This document shows positions 37,128 through 47,504 of a stretch of 64,000 nt of DNA, one piece after another. The DNA is from an uncultured Bacilli bacterium (lineage in GTDB: Bacteria > Bacillota_I > Bacilli_A > RF39 > UBA660): contig CAKOOU010000001.1 of assembly GCA_934098455.1 (NCBI GenBank), positions 199,933-263,932 of the forward strand. Reading direction: 5' to 3'. Every line of letters starts with the position of its first letter. Position 1 is the first letter of the stretch. The notes below the pieces were generated by a model. The model was not told the origin of the DNA. It did no database searches and was given only the letters and a program-made list of their open reading frames with translations. The translations under genes and the position numbers were made by a program.

Positions 37128-38072
37128 ATGAAAAAAATATTAATAACTGCTGCAGGAACTGCAACTACATGGCATTTTTGTCAAATTATAAATGAATATT
37201 TTAAAGATAAATACGAAATACATTTAACAGATATCAATGAAGAATATTTAGTTCCTTCAACAATATATTGTCATAAATTTCATAAAGTACCACCAATATT
37301 CGCAGATAATTATGAAGAAAAAATTTATGAAATAATTAGAGATGAAAAGATAGATATCATAATTCCTTTAATTGATTTTGATTTATCAACCTTTTCAAAA
37401 GATAATCAAAATTTAAAAAAATTGAATTGCTACACTACTGCACCGGTTAAAAAAACAGTAGAAACATTATCAAACAAAAAAACAATGCATAATTTTCTTT
37501 CAGAAAATGGTATATTAACTCCTAAAGTTTTTAATGAAAAAGAAATAAAAGACGAAGACTTATATATATTAAAACCTGTTACAGGATTTGGCTCTACTGG
37601 TGTAAAAAAAGTGCAGGGTAAAGAAATAAAAAATAGTAGTTTTAATTTTAACAATTATATTATACAAGAATGTTGTGATGATCATGAAGAAATAACTGCA
37701 GAAATATATAACGGAAAAACCATTAGTATATTTCAAAGAAAAAGAGTGGCTACTAAAGCTGGAGTATGTACTAAAATGGTTCCTGTTTATTATGAGGAAA
37801 TTGAACAAGCTATAAAAAAATTAGTAAATATTATAGAATGTCCAGAAGCATTTTGTATTCAATTTATGAAAACTAAAGATAATCATTGGGCTTTAATAGA
37901 TTGTAACTTAAGAATAGGAGCTGGTACTGCATTATCAACAAAAATTGGTTTTCAATTAGTAAGAGCATTGCTAACTTCACTTTTAAATGAAAATGTACCA
38001 GAGGATTTATTTAAAATAGACAAATCAATAAAAAGTGTGTTAAGAGTATATGAGGAAATTGTTATAAAATGA
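37128..38072 (+). CDS. ATP-grasp family ligase
   Basis: A pre-ATP-grasp Rossmann-like N-terminus ('KKILITAAGTA') and a central 'LYILKPVTGFGSTGV' fit the size and topology of ATP-grasp carboxylate-amine ligases. Confidence 0.55.
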   Translation: MKKILITAAGTATTWHFCQIINEYFKDKYEIHLTDINEEYLVPSTIYCHKFHKVPPIFADNYEEKIYEIIRDEKIDIIIPLIDFDLSTFSKDNQNLKKLNCYTTAPVKKTVETLSNKKTMHNFLSENGILTPKVFNEKEIKDEDLYILKPVTGFGSTGVKKVQGKEIKNSSFNFNNYIIQECCDDHEEITAEIYNGKTISIFQRKRVATKAGVCTKMVPVYYEEIEQAIKKLVNIIECPEAFCIQFMKTKDNHWALIDCNLRIGAGTALSTKIGFQLVRALLTSLLNENVPEDLFKIDKSIKSVLRVYEEIVIK

Positions 38073-38728
38073 TATATTTTATAGATTTAGATGGAACTCT
38101 AATAAATAGCAAACAACGACATTGTATACTGATGAAAAAGATATTGAAAAAAGAAAAATTAGATCATAATTTTAATGAAAAATCTTATTTTCAAAAGAAA
38201 GAAGATGGAATGAATAATTATAATTATTTGATAAAAGAACTAAAAATTAATAAAAGTCAAGCAAAAAAAATATGTAAAAAATGGGTAAGACATATTGAGG
38301 ATATTAAATATATAAAATCAGATAAATTATATCGCGACACAACAGATTTCTTGGAAAATATAAGAAAAAAGAATAAAAATAAAATAGTATTTTTAACATC
38401 ACGAAAAAAATATATTAATTTAATATTAGAATTAAAAAAACTCAACATTATAAAATATGCAGACAAAATAATTAAAGTTTCTACTAAAAATGCAGGAAAA
38501 GAAAAGGAAAAATATATAAATAAATTCATAAAAAAAAATCAACATAATTCTTACGTTTTAATAGGTGACAGTGAAGCAGAAATTTATGCTGCTCGTAAGA
38601 GCAATATTTCATATTTTATTTTAAATAGAGGATTTCGTTCTGAAAAGTTTTTAGAAAACTATAATATTAAAACATATAAAAACTTGGAAACGATTTATGA
38701 AAGGATAGTTACAAATGAAGAATTGTAA
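38069..38728 (+). CDS. HAD-superfamily hydrolase
   Basis: Motif I 'FIDLDGTL', motif II 'FLTSR', and motif IV 'IGDSEAEIYAA'. ATGA overlap with the upstream gene. Confidence 0.7.
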   Translation: MIYFIDLDGTLINSKQRHCILMKKILKKEKLDHNFNEKSYFQKKEDGMNNYNYLIKELKINKSQAKKICKKWVRHIEDIKYIKSDKLYRDTTDFLENIRKKNKNKIVFLTSRKKYINLILELKKLNIIKYADKIIKVSTKNAGKEKEKYINKFIKKNQHNSYVLIGDSEAEIYAARKSNISYFILNRGFRSEKFLENYNIKTYKNLETIYERIVTNEEL

Positions 38729-39143
38729 AATAGTTAATTTTAATGAAATAACAGATCACAGAGGTAAAATGATACCAATTGAATATCCAAAACAATTGGA
38801 ATTCCCATTGAAAAGAATATATTACATATTTGATGTAAAAGATGGAGTGAGAAGAGGATACCATTCTCATAATGATTTAGAACAAATATTAATAGCAGTT
38901 CACGGAAAAGTAAAAGTATTGATTAAAATTCCATATGAAGAAGAAATTGTTGAGTTAGATAGTCCAAATAAAGGATTATACATAGGCCCAATGATATGGA
39001 GAGAAATGTTTGATTTTGAAAATGAAGCAGTGCTTGTTGTTTTAGCCAGTCACGAATATGATGAAAATGATTATATAAGAGATTGGAATGATTATTTAGA
39101 AAAAGCAAAAAAATATTTTAATGAAGGTAGTGATAAAAAATGA
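38715..39143 (+). CDS. dTDP-4-keto-6-deoxyhexose 3,4-ketoisomerase (FdtA/QdtA, WxcM-like cupin)
   Basis: 142 aa with '[10 protein letters not shown]', 'RIYYIFDV' and '[22 protein letters not shown]'. Confidence 0.75.
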   Translation: MKNCKIVNFNEITDHRGKMIPIEYPKQLEFPLKRIYYIFDVKDGVRRGYHSHNDLEQILIAVHGKVKVLIKIPYEEEIVELDSPNKGLYIGPMIWREMFDFENEAVLVVLASHEYDENDYIRDWNDYLEKAKKYFNEGSDKK

Positions 39144-40225
39144 TAAGTTTTGGAAGATTAGATTTAATGCATAATGAAATAAGAAGTGAAATAGACTATG
39201 CTATAAAAAGAGTGCTAGATAACAGTTATTATATTGATGGTCCATTTTTAAAACAATTTGAACAAGAATGGGCTGAATATTGTGGTACGAAATATTGTGT
39301 AGGTGTAGGAAATGGTTTAGAAGGAATAAAATTATCTTTACTAGCCTTAGGCATAAAAGAAAATGAAGAAGTAATAATTCCCTCACATACATTTATTGCA
39401 ACAGCTTTAGCAGTTTCAAATTGTGGTGCAAAGCCAGTATTTGTTGAAGTTAATGAAGATGATTGTCTTATCAATCCTGATAAAATAGAAGAAAAAATAA
39501 CTGATAAAACAAAAGCAATAATTGTAGTACACTTATATGGACAATGCTGTGAAATGGATAAAATAATGGATATTGCAAAACGTCACAATTTAAAAGTAGT
39601 TGAAGATGCAGCTCAAGCACATGGAGCAACATACAAAGGAAGAAAAGCTGGTTCACTTGGGGACATAGCAGAATTTAGCTTTTATCCAGGAAAAAATTTA
39701 GGATGTTTAGGTGATGGTGGTTGCATAACTACAAACGACAAAGAATTAGCTGATAAAGTAAGAGAATTGAGAAATTATGGTTCAAATCAAAAATATATAC
39801 ATAACGAAAAAGGTTTTAATTCCAGATTAGACGAATTACAAGCCTCTATTCTTTCAGTAAAATTGCCATATTTGGATAAATGGAATAAAGATAGAAGAAG
39901 AATTGCTTCAAGATTTAACAATGAAATAAAAAATGAAAAAATAAAATTACCAGTTGAGAATGTTGATAATTACCATGTATATCATCAATATGTTGTACAA
40001 GTTGATGATAGAGAAAATTTTCAAGAGTATTTAAAAAAATATGACATACCGACTATGGTTCATTATCCAAGAGCAATACACAAACAAAAAGCTTATGAAG
40101 AATTTAATAAATTGGATTTACCAATAGCTGAAGAACTAGCAAGTAAAGTAGTTAGTTTACCTATGTATTATGGATTAAGTGATGAAGAAATAAATTATAT
40201 TATAGATAAAATCAATAAATATTAG
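39140..40225 (+). CDS. DegT/DnrJ/EryC1 PLP-dependent sugar aminotransferase (FdtB/QdtB-like)
   Basis: '[10 protein letters not shown]' and '[16 protein letters not shown]' (PLP lysine). Confidence 0.85.
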   Translation: MISFGRLDLMHNEIRSEIDYAIKRVLDNSYYIDGPFLKQFEQEWAEYCGTKYCVGVGNGLEGIKLSLLALGIKENEEVIIPSHTFIATALAVSNCGAKPVFVEVNEDDCLINPDKIEEKITDKTKAIIVVHLYGQCCEMDKIMDIAKRHNLKVVEDAAQAHGATYKGRKAGSLGDIAEFSFYPGKNLGCLGDGGCITTNDKELADKVRELRNYGSNQKYIHNEKGFNSRLDELQASILSVKLPYLDKWNKDRRRIASRFNNEIKNEKIKLPVENVDNYHVYHQYVVQVDDRENFQEYLKKYDIPTMVHYPRAIHKQKAYEEFNKLDLPIAEELASKVVSLPMYYGLSDEEINYIIDKINKY

Positions 40226-40233
40226 GAGGAAAT

Positions 40234-41106
40234 ATGAAAGGAATTATTTTAGCAGGCGGAAAAGGAACAAGACTTTATCCATCAACAATATCTGTATCAA
40301 AGCAATTATTACCAATATATGATAAACCAATGATTTATTATCCTATATCAACTCTGATGCTTGCAGGAATTAAAGACATATTAATAATATCTACCCCTCA
40401 AGATATTGCACAATATCAAAGTTTACTAGGTTCAGGTGAAAGAATAGGCGTGAATTTCACATATAAAATTCAAGAAAAACCAAGAGGTTTAGCAGAAGCA
40501 TTTATTTTAGGTGAGGAGTTTATAGGAAATGATAACGTATGTTTAATATTAGGCGACAACGTATTCTATGGTCAAGGTTTCTCAGACATATTTAATAGAA
40601 TAAAAAAAGAAAAAAATCCTGCAACAATATTTGGATATCAGGTAAATAATCCAAAAGCATTTGGAGTTGTCGAATTTGATGATGACGGAAATGTAATATC
40701 TATTGAGGAAAAACCAGAAATCCCTAAATCAAAATATGCAGTTCCAGGATTATATTTTTATGATAATAGCGTTATAGATATAGCAAAAAAAGTTAAACCA
40801 TCATCAAGAGGAGAGCTTGAAATAACTGCAGTTAATAATGAATACTTAAAAAGAAAGCAATTGAAAGTAGAATTATTATATAGAGGCATTGCTTGGTTAG
40901 ACACTGGTAGTCCTAGCAATATGCTTAAAGCAGGAATGTTTGTTGAAACAGTACAATCCAGACAAGGATTATATATTGCCTGTATTGAAGAGATTGCTTG
41001 GAGACAAGGTTTTATAACAACTGAACAATTAAAACAAATAGGAGAAGAGTTAAAACAAACGGAATATGGTAAATATATTTTATCAATAGCAGAGGAGGAA
41101 GAATAA
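40234..41106 (+). CDS. rfbA: Glucose-1-phosphate thymidylyltransferase
   Basis: '[37 protein letters not shown]'. Confidence 0.9.
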   Translation: MKGIILAGGKGTRLYPSTISVSKQLLPIYDKPMIYYPISTLMLAGIKDILIISTPQDIAQYQSLLGSGERIGVNFTYKIQEKPRGLAEAFILGEEFIGNDNVCLILGDNVFYGQGFSDIFNRIKKEKNPATIFGYQVNNPKAFGVVEFDDDGNVISIEEKPEIPKSKYAVPGLYFYDNSVIDIAKKVKPSSRGELEITAVNNEYLKRKQLKVELLYRGIAWLDTGSPSNMLKAGMFVETVQSRQGLYIACIEEIAWRQGFITTEQLKQIGEELKQTEYGKYILSIAEEEE

Positions 41107-41107
41107 T

Positions 41108-42118
41108 ATGAAGTTTTTAATAACTGGAGGAGCAGGATTTATAGGAAGTAATTACTTACATTATGTAGTGAATAAGTACCCAGAAGATAAATTTATATGC
41201 TTAGACGCATTAACATATGCAGGAAATTATAACAATATAAAAGAACTAGAAAATAAAGATAATTTTGAATTCGTAAAGGGCGATATTAGAGACAAAGAAT
41301 TGGTAGAAAAATTATTTGAACAATATAAATTTGACTATGTAATTAATTTTGCTGCAGAGAGTCATGTTGATAATTCTATTAAAAATCCTAACCTTTTTGC
41401 AGATACAAATATATTAGGTACAATGACTTTATTAAACGCATCAAAAAAATATGGTATTAAAAGATATCATCAAGTATCAACAGATGAAGTATATGGAGAT
41501 TTACCGCTAGATAGGCCTGATTTATTATTTACAGAAGATACACCAATACATACATCAAGTCCATATTCTGCCAGTAAAGCAGGAGCAGATTTACAAGTTT
41601 TAGCATATGCAAGAACTTTTAAATTACCAGTAACAATATCAAGATGTTCTAATAACTATGGTGCATATCAATTTCCAGAAAAATTAATACCTGTTGTAAT
41701 ATCAAAAGCACTAAATGATGAACCTATTCCTGTATATGGAAAAGGTGAAAATGTTAGAGACTGGATACATGTTCATGATCACAATGTTGGCGTTGATATG
41801 ATTGTAAGAAATGGTAGAGATGGTGAAGTATATAATTTAGGAGGACATTCTGAAAGAACCAATTTAGAAGTAGTAAAAACAATATTAAAACAATTAGATA
41901 AACCAGAATCATTAATAACATATGTAACAGATAGACCAGGACACGATTTAAGATATGCAATTAATTCTGAAAAGGTAGAAAAAGAACTTGGATGGAATAG
42001 AACTTATACATTTGAAGAAGGTATTAAAGAAACAATTAATTGGTATGTAAATAATCAAGAATGGATAGAAGACATTAAAAGCGGAAAATACAAAGAAAGT
42101 TATAATGAAAAAAAATAA
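41108..42118 (+). CDS. rfbB: dTDP-glucose 4,6-dehydratase
   Basis: 'GGAGFIGSN', 'QVSTDEVYG' and 'YSASKAGADL'. Confidence 0.9.
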   Translation: MKFLITGGAGFIGSNYLHYVVNKYPEDKFICLDALTYAGNYNNIKELENKDNFEFVKGDIRDKELVEKLFEQYKFDYVINFAAESHVDNSIKNPNLFADTNILGTMTLLNASKKYGIKRYHQVSTDEVYGDLPLDRPDLLFTEDTPIHTSSPYSASKAGADLQVLAYARTFKLPVTISRCSNNYGAYQFPEKLIPVVISKALNDEPIPVYGKGENVRDWIHVHDHNVGVDMIVRNGRDGEVYNLGGHSERTNLEVVKTILKQLDKPESLITYVTDRPGHDLRYAINSEKVEKELGWNRTYTFEEGIKETINWYVNNQEWIEDIKSGKYKESYNEKK

Positions 42119-43424
42119 AATAAATTTATTATTCCTAATTAATGATCTGTTTGTAAATAATTTTGAAACTATTTATTATGAATGTTTAAAAAATGAAACT
42201 TTTTCAGTTACTGTAGTCGCGACAGATTCTTTAGAAACAGAATACAAAGATTACATAAGTGGAGAAGAAATAAGAAAATATATTATTAAAAGTGGTATAA
42301 AATGTATTAACAGTTTTAATAAAAAAACAAAGAAGCATATTGATCTTTCTGAATATAATCCAGATTATATATTTGTTTCAAATCCTTATGATATATATAG
42401 GACATCGAAATATTCTTCATTTAATTTATCTTTAATAGCAAAAGTATGCGATATTGAATATGGTGCAATCATTGTTAAAGATGATGAAAATTTTATTTTA
42501 AATAATACATATTATTATAATTGCTATAGACATTTTATTTTTGATAGGAAAGAGAAAAGTTTATCAAAAGAATTTATGAAAAATAAAGAAATTAATTCCA
42601 AGTTTTATCCTATAGGATGTTTAAAAATGGATAAATACTATAATGACTATAAAAAAAATAAATATTGGAACAAATTATTTCCAGCAAATAATAATCTTAA
42701 AATAGTTTATAAACCAAGATGGACAATAAAAGATGAAAAATATTTTTTTGAATTTTTCTCAAATATACTGAATTTTACAAAAAATAACAATTTACAATTA
42801 TTCATATTAGAACACCCCTTACTCAAATCAGAATTAAAATATAAAGGATTATTAGAAAAATATAAAAATATGATTCAAGAATTTATAAGCGAAAACATTA
42901 AAGTATATAATGGTGGTGATTTTTTAGATTATGTTATAGATGGCGATGTTTTGATAGCTGAACCCACATCATTAATAGCAGAATTCTCTTTGACACAAAA
43001 AAATATAATAATGATTGGAGATTATACTAGCTTAAATGATTTTGGAAAATCAATAATTAAAAAAAATTATTGTACTAATTCATGGAAAAAAACTGAAATA
43101 ATATTAAAAAATATATTAGAAAAAAATAAAAAAATAGTAAGCATAAAAAAATTAAAAGAAAATAATAGTACAAAAAAATTATTGAATTACATACAAGAAG
43201 ATTATTATTCTGATAATTTTAATAAAAATTATTATCAAGAAAAACTCAAAAAAATAACAAATGAACTCAATAATATAAAAAAAATATTAAAACAAGGATA
43301 TTATGAAAATGGAATAATAAATTCTTCTCAATCACTATATAAAGAAATAGATGAATTATTGAAATTATGGTCAGACGAAACTACTAGATTAAAAATATTT
43401 GAAGAAACACACAAAAAAGAGTAG
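42105..43424 (+). CDS. TagB/TagF-like CDP-glycerol glycerophosphotransferase family protein (tentative)
   Basis: The C-terminal half pattern 'KIVYKPRWT ... LFILEHPLL ... DGDVLIAEPTSLIAEF' resembles Glyphos_transf (YAPTxR ... HP ... D.LITDYSS). Confidence 0.45.
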   Translation: MKKNKINLLFLINDLFVNNFETIYYECLKNETFSVTVVATDSLETEYKDYISGEEIRKYIIKSGIKCINSFNKKTKKHIDLSEYNPDYIFVSNPYDIYRTSKYSSFNLSLIAKVCDIEYGAIIVKDDENFILNNTYYYNCYRHFIFDRKEKSLSKEFMKNKEINSKFYPIGCLKMDKYYNDYKKNKYWNKLFPANNNLKIVYKPRWTIKDEKYFFEFFSNILNFTKNNNLQLFILEHPLLKSELKYKGLLEKYKNMIQEFISENIKVYNGGDFLDYVIDGDVLIAEPTSLIAEFSLTQKNIIMIGDYTSLNDFGKSIIKKNYCTNSWKKTEIILKNILEKNKKIVSIKKLKENNSTKKLLNYIQEDYYSDNFNKNYYQEKLKKITNELNNIKKILKQGYYENGIINSSQSLYKEIDELLKLWSDETTRLKIFEETHKKE

Positions 43425-43453
43425 TAAAAAGAAAAAATAATAAAATAAAAATG

Positions 43454-43476
43454 AAAGCATTAAATTGCTTTTTTCT
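43454..43476 (+). terminator. Weak intrinsic terminator
   Basis: AAAGCA-ttaaat-TGCTTT followed by TTTC. Confidence 0.4.
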
Positions 43477-43527
43477 TATTTATATCTTATAATTTATATA
43501 TATACTTAAAAAAAGGAGTCTAACTTT

Positions 43528-45324
43528 ATGAATACTAAATATATACACTTCTGTTGGTTTGGTGGAAGACCACTATCAAAATTAACTAAAAAATGTATTG
43601 AATCATGGAAAAAATATTTGCCTGATTATGAAATAATAAAATGGGACGAAACAAATGTAGATTTTAATGAATGTCCTTTCGTTAAAGAAGCTTATGAAAA
43701 TAAAAAATGGGCTTTTGTAGCAGATTATGCAAGAACAAAAGCAATATATAATATGGGTGGAATATATTTTGATACAGATATGTTAATAACAAAACCAATA
43801 GATTTTTTAAGAGATGAAGAAACATTTTTAGGATTAGAAGATTCATTCATGGTAAATTCTGCAGTATGGGGTGCAAGTAAACCTAAAACATATTTTGCAA
43901 AAAGAATGTTAGACTTTTATCAAAGTCAAGAACATTTCGATAAAAATAATTTATTTAAAATGTCTATACCAAGAATAATGACTAGAATATTAAACGAATT
44001 AGGACTAGACCATTTATCAAATGAAATACAACATTTACCACATAATATAACTATCTATCCAAGAGAATATTTCTATCCATTATCATTTAACTTTAAAGAA
44101 AATTTATTTACTGAAAACACTTGTATGATACATTATTTTGATGCAAGTTGGTTTGGCAAAAAAGAAAAATTAAAAATATCTTTAAATAGAAAGTTTGGAG
44201 AAAAAAATGTTGACAAACTAAATAAAACTTATAAAAAAGTTAGACATTTAGGTGGAATAGTAATTAGAAAATTTTTATACAAACCAGCAAAATATTTCAA
44301 ATATACTTACTTAAATGGTGGAAAATACAAACGTGATATTGAAGTAGGAATAGAAGCATTAAAAAAGATTAATAATGATTATATAGTTATGCATAATCCA
44401 GATTGGCTAGGAATAACAAGTGCAACAATAGAATTATTTGATAATAATAGAGTACCATGCGGAGAATTCTTTAGAAAAAGAGACATAAGAAAATTTGGTG
44501 ACTTAATATTAGAACAAAATATAACACAAGTTATTTTTAGTGCAATGTGCTTAGGATGGAAAGAATTAGCATATTATTTGAAAAGGAAAAATCCAAATAT
44601 AAAAATAAAATGTTTCTGGCATGGAAGCATCTCACAAGTATCAGAACCATATGGTTGGGAAAGAAATTTAGAACTTATAGATATGGCTAAAGATGGAACA
44701 TTAACAACATTTGGTACATGTAAAGAATCATTAATAAAATTTTATGAAAATTTAGGAATAGATGTGAGTTTTATTAGAAACAATGTCATACTTCCTAAAA
44801 AAATAAAACATACAGAACCAGATAATTTAGTGATAGGATTATATGCGGCAAAAAAAGATGATTGGAGAAAAAATCTATTTGCACAAATAGCAGCAGTATC
44901 ATTAATAAAAAATGCTACAATTGACATAATTCCAATGGATTATGAAGCAGCATCATTTGCAAGCAATCTAGGTTTAAAAGTCACTGGATTAGATAAAGCA
45001 ATCCCAAGAAATGAATTATTAGATAGAATGTCCAAAAACACATTAAACTTATATGTCACATTTTCAGAATGTGCTCCAATGTTACCATTAGAGTCATTTG
45101 AAACAGACACTATATGTTTAACAGGAAACAATCATCATTATTTTAAAAATACTGAATTAGAAAAATATTTAGTAGTTAATAACGAAGAAAGTCCGGTAGA
45201 GATTTCAAAAAAAATTAAATTATGTTTAAAAAACAAAGAAGAAATATTAAAACTTTACAAAATATGGAAAAAAGAAAATGATAAATTAAGTATTCAAAGT
45301 GTAAAAGAATTTATAGAAAAGTGA
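43528..45324 (+). CDS. GT32-like DXD glycosyltransferase (N-terminus) fused to an uncharacterised GT-B-like domain (C-terminus)
   Basis: N-terminus: 'IHFCWFGGRPL', 'SWKKYLPDYEIIKWDE' and 'GGIYFDTDM'. The C-terminal ~330 aa are paralogous to the next ORF. Confidence 0.65.
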   Translation: MNTKYIHFCWFGGRPLSKLTKKCIESWKKYLPDYEIIKWDETNVDFNECPFVKEAYENKKWAFVADYARTKAIYNMGGIYFDTDMLITKPIDFLRDEETFLGLEDSFMVNSAVWGASKPKTYFAKRMLDFYQSQEHFDKNNLFKMSIPRIMTRILNELGLDHLSNEIQHLPHNITIYPREYFYPLSFNFKENLFTENTCMIHYFDASWFGKKEKLKISLNRKFGEKNVDKLNKTYKKVRHLGGIVIRKFLYKPAKYFKYTYLNGGKYKRDIEVGIEALKKINNDYIVMHNPDWLGITSATIELFDNNRVPCGEFFRKRDIRKFGDLILEQNITQVIFSAMCLGWKELAYYLKRKNPNIKIKCFWHGSISQVSEPYGWERNLELIDMAKDGTLTTFGTCKESLIKFYENLGIDVSFIRNNVILPKKIKHTEPDNLVIGLYAAKKDDWRKNLFAQIAAVSLIKNATIDIIPMDYEAASFASNLGLKVTGLDKAIPRNELLDRMSKNTLNLYVTFSECAPMLPLESFETDTICLTGNNHHYFKNTELEKYLVVNNEESPVEISKKIKLCLKNKEEILKLYKIWKKENDKLSIQSVKEFIEK

Positions 45325-45331
45325 GGATAAA

Positions 45332-46216
45332 ATGATAGAACAATTAGAAAATTATAAAAATAAACAAGAAATAGTATTATTACCTCGCTTTGATTTAGAT
45401 TTAAAAGATAGCTTAGAATATACTTTAAAAAATGTAATAGAAATAGACAAAGTTGAAGAGGATAATAAAATAATAGAATTAATAAATAATTCTAAAATAA
45501 AAAAAATATATCTAGTTGGTAATAATGATTTTTATAGATTCATTTTACCAAGATTAAAAAAAGAAATAACTGTATGTTGGATATTTAGAGATTCATTTTC
45601 TAACTTATCTAATGGAGGAACAAGATATTACTTAGAATGTATATTTGAATACATTGATAGAAATCTTATAGAAAGTATAGGATGCATAAATGAAGATACA
45701 CTTACAGTACTTGAAAATGCAGGGTACAACTGTGAATTAATTAACTTAAATGTTAAAAGTAAAAAAACAAAATATAAAGACTCTAATTCTATAGGAATAT
45801 TAAGTAATGATTTTGACCCAAATAACAACTTTTATAATCAATTAGCATCATTAACTTTTGTAGACTATGATATATGCAAGTTTAATTATGTTATGAAAGC
45901 AACAAAAAACTTTATAGAATTCTTTAAATTAAATTGTAAAAAAGAAACAAACATAGATGAAGTAATGAAAGATAATTTTGTAAATTTATACATAAATTTT
46001 ACAAACACAAATATAGAATTGATTAAAAAAAGTTTCAATTTAGGAATACCATGTTTAGTCGGAAACACAACATATTTTGATAATAACAAATATTTAAAAG
46101 AACATTTAGTAGTAAAATCAGATGACGATATAAATGAAATAGTAGACAAAATAAATTTTGTTAAAAATAATAGAGAAAAAATAATGAATGAATATTCTAA
46201 ATTAGAATGTTTGTGA
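45332..46216 (+). CDS. Hypothetical protein, stand-alone paralog of the C-terminal domain of the upstream gene
   Basis: Compare 'LGIPCLVGNTTYFDNNKYLKEHLVVKSDDDINEIVDKI' with the upstream 'TDTICLTGNNHHYFKNTELEKYLVVNNEESPVEISKKI'. Confidence 0.5.
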   Translation: MIEQLENYKNKQEIVLLPRFDLDLKDSLEYTLKNVIEIDKVEEDNKIIELINNSKIKKIYLVGNNDFYRFILPRLKKEITVCWIFRDSFSNLSNGGTRYYLECIFEYIDRNLIESIGCINEDTLTVLENAGYNCELINLNVKSKKTKYKDSNSIGILSNDFDPNNNFYNQLASLTFVDYDICKFNYVMKATKNFIEFFKLNCKKETNIDEVMKDNFVNLYINFTNTNIELIKKSFNLGIPCLVGNTTYFDNNKYLKEHLVVKSDDDINEIVDKINFVKNNREKIMNEYSKLECL

Positions 46217-46236
46217 AAAATATATAAACTTATTGC

Positions 46237-47409
46237 TTATTTGCAAATTAGTTTATATATTTTTATTTTAAATTTTTCAACTAATATATTAAATTTATTT
46301 TTATATAAATAACTAATAAAAAATGATAATATAATAAATATTGTAAGTCCAAAAAAAGTTGAATAGTAATAATAATAACATTTATAATATAATACACTAG
46401 TTAATTTTAAGATAATGGTATATAAAATAGGCCAATGGAATAAATATATTTCAACTGAATATTTACCAAATACATTAAATAATTTAAAAGATAATATTTT
46501 TTTTATTATTTTTGATGATAAAATAAATATAAAAATTAAAGATGTTGAAACATTTCTTACAATAGTTACAGAATCTCCACCCAAATTTGGCAAAATATCA
46601 AATAATTTTGTCAAAGGTTGATAAAGTGTAGAATTAGAATTTAAATAACAATAACCAGATAAATATATTATTAAAATAGTAATAATTATCTTTTTATATA
46701 ACTTAATACATTCAAAATTCTCTTTATTCTTAATATATTTTTTAGCAAGTATTAAACCCATAATAAAATAAAAATTATTAGTATTAAAAAACATAATTAA
46801 TAAAAAATAATAAAACCAAATGTTTTTTTCAAATCTTTTTGAAAAAAGTAAAATTATAATATAAATTAAAATACTCCCAAAAAATTCTCCAGACATTGTC
46901 CATAGCGGAGGATTATATGTTGCATTAGATTTTATGAAAGTACTAAATAAAGAATCTTTTATTAAATTAAATATATTATAATTAAGATTTTGATAATAAC
47001 TAGAATTTAATAAATTATCCAATAAATTATAATTAATAAATACTTTACCTAAAATATAACCAAAGATAGAAGAAAACAATATAGGAAAAAATAAATCTAA
47101 ATACCTTTTAATTATTTTTTTACCACATATCTTTTCTAAATTACCATCATTACTTACATAAAATGAATATGTAATTAAAAAACCGCTTATCATAAAAAAT
47201 AAAGAAACTGCTAAACTGCCTCCATATCCAAAAATGTTAAAAGGAGAACTAATAATCTTATGTAGCAAACTAGTGTTATTGGTATAATCAAATCCGACAC
47301 CGTTAACCAAGATTGGATAAAAGCATAATGCAAAGTGATGTAATAACACCAACATTGCTAAAATACCTTTAAAATTTGTTATAAAATTTAATTTTTTTTG
47401 ATTTTGCAT
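46237..47409 (-). CDS. Acyltransferase family 3 (O-acyltransferase) membrane protein
   Basis: About 10 TM helices with an N-terminal 'GILAMLVLLHHF' motif. It is the only minus-strand gene in the glycan locus. Confidence 0.7.
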   Translation of the reverse strand: MQNQKKLNFITNFKGILAMLVLLHHFALCFYPILVNGVGFDYTNNTSLLHKIISSPFNIFGYGGSLAVSLFFMISGFLITYSFYVSNDGNLEKICGKKIIKRYLDLFFPILFSSIFGYILGKVFINYNLLDNLLNSSYYQNLNYNIFNLIKDSLFSTFIKSNATYNPPLWTMSGEFFGSILIYIIILLFSKRFEKNIWFYYFLLIMFFNTNNFYFIMGLILAKKYIKNKENFECIKLYKKIIITILIIYLSGYCYLNSNSTLYQPLTKLFDILPNLGGDSVTIVRNVSTSLIFIFILSSKIIKKILSFKLFNVFGKYSVEIYLFHWPILYTIILKLTSVLYYKCYYYYYSTFFGLTIFIILSFFISYLYKNKFNILVEKFKIKIYKLICK

Positions 47410-47504
47410 TGTATTAAATCACCCACCTAAAATTATAATACAAGAAAAATAAATAAATTGCAATTAAATGTCTTATAAAGTATACTATATATAGGTGATT
47501 TGAA

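Noticed and set aside
40234-42118. rfbA/rfbB as evidence for a dTDP-L-rhamnose (rhamnan) pathway.
   Set aside because: No rmlC (3,5-epimerase) or rmlD (reductase) is in the window. Instead, an FdtA/QdtA-type 3,4-ketoisomerase and a DegT aminotransferase are co-transcribed, pointing to a 3-amino-3,6-dideoxyhexose.
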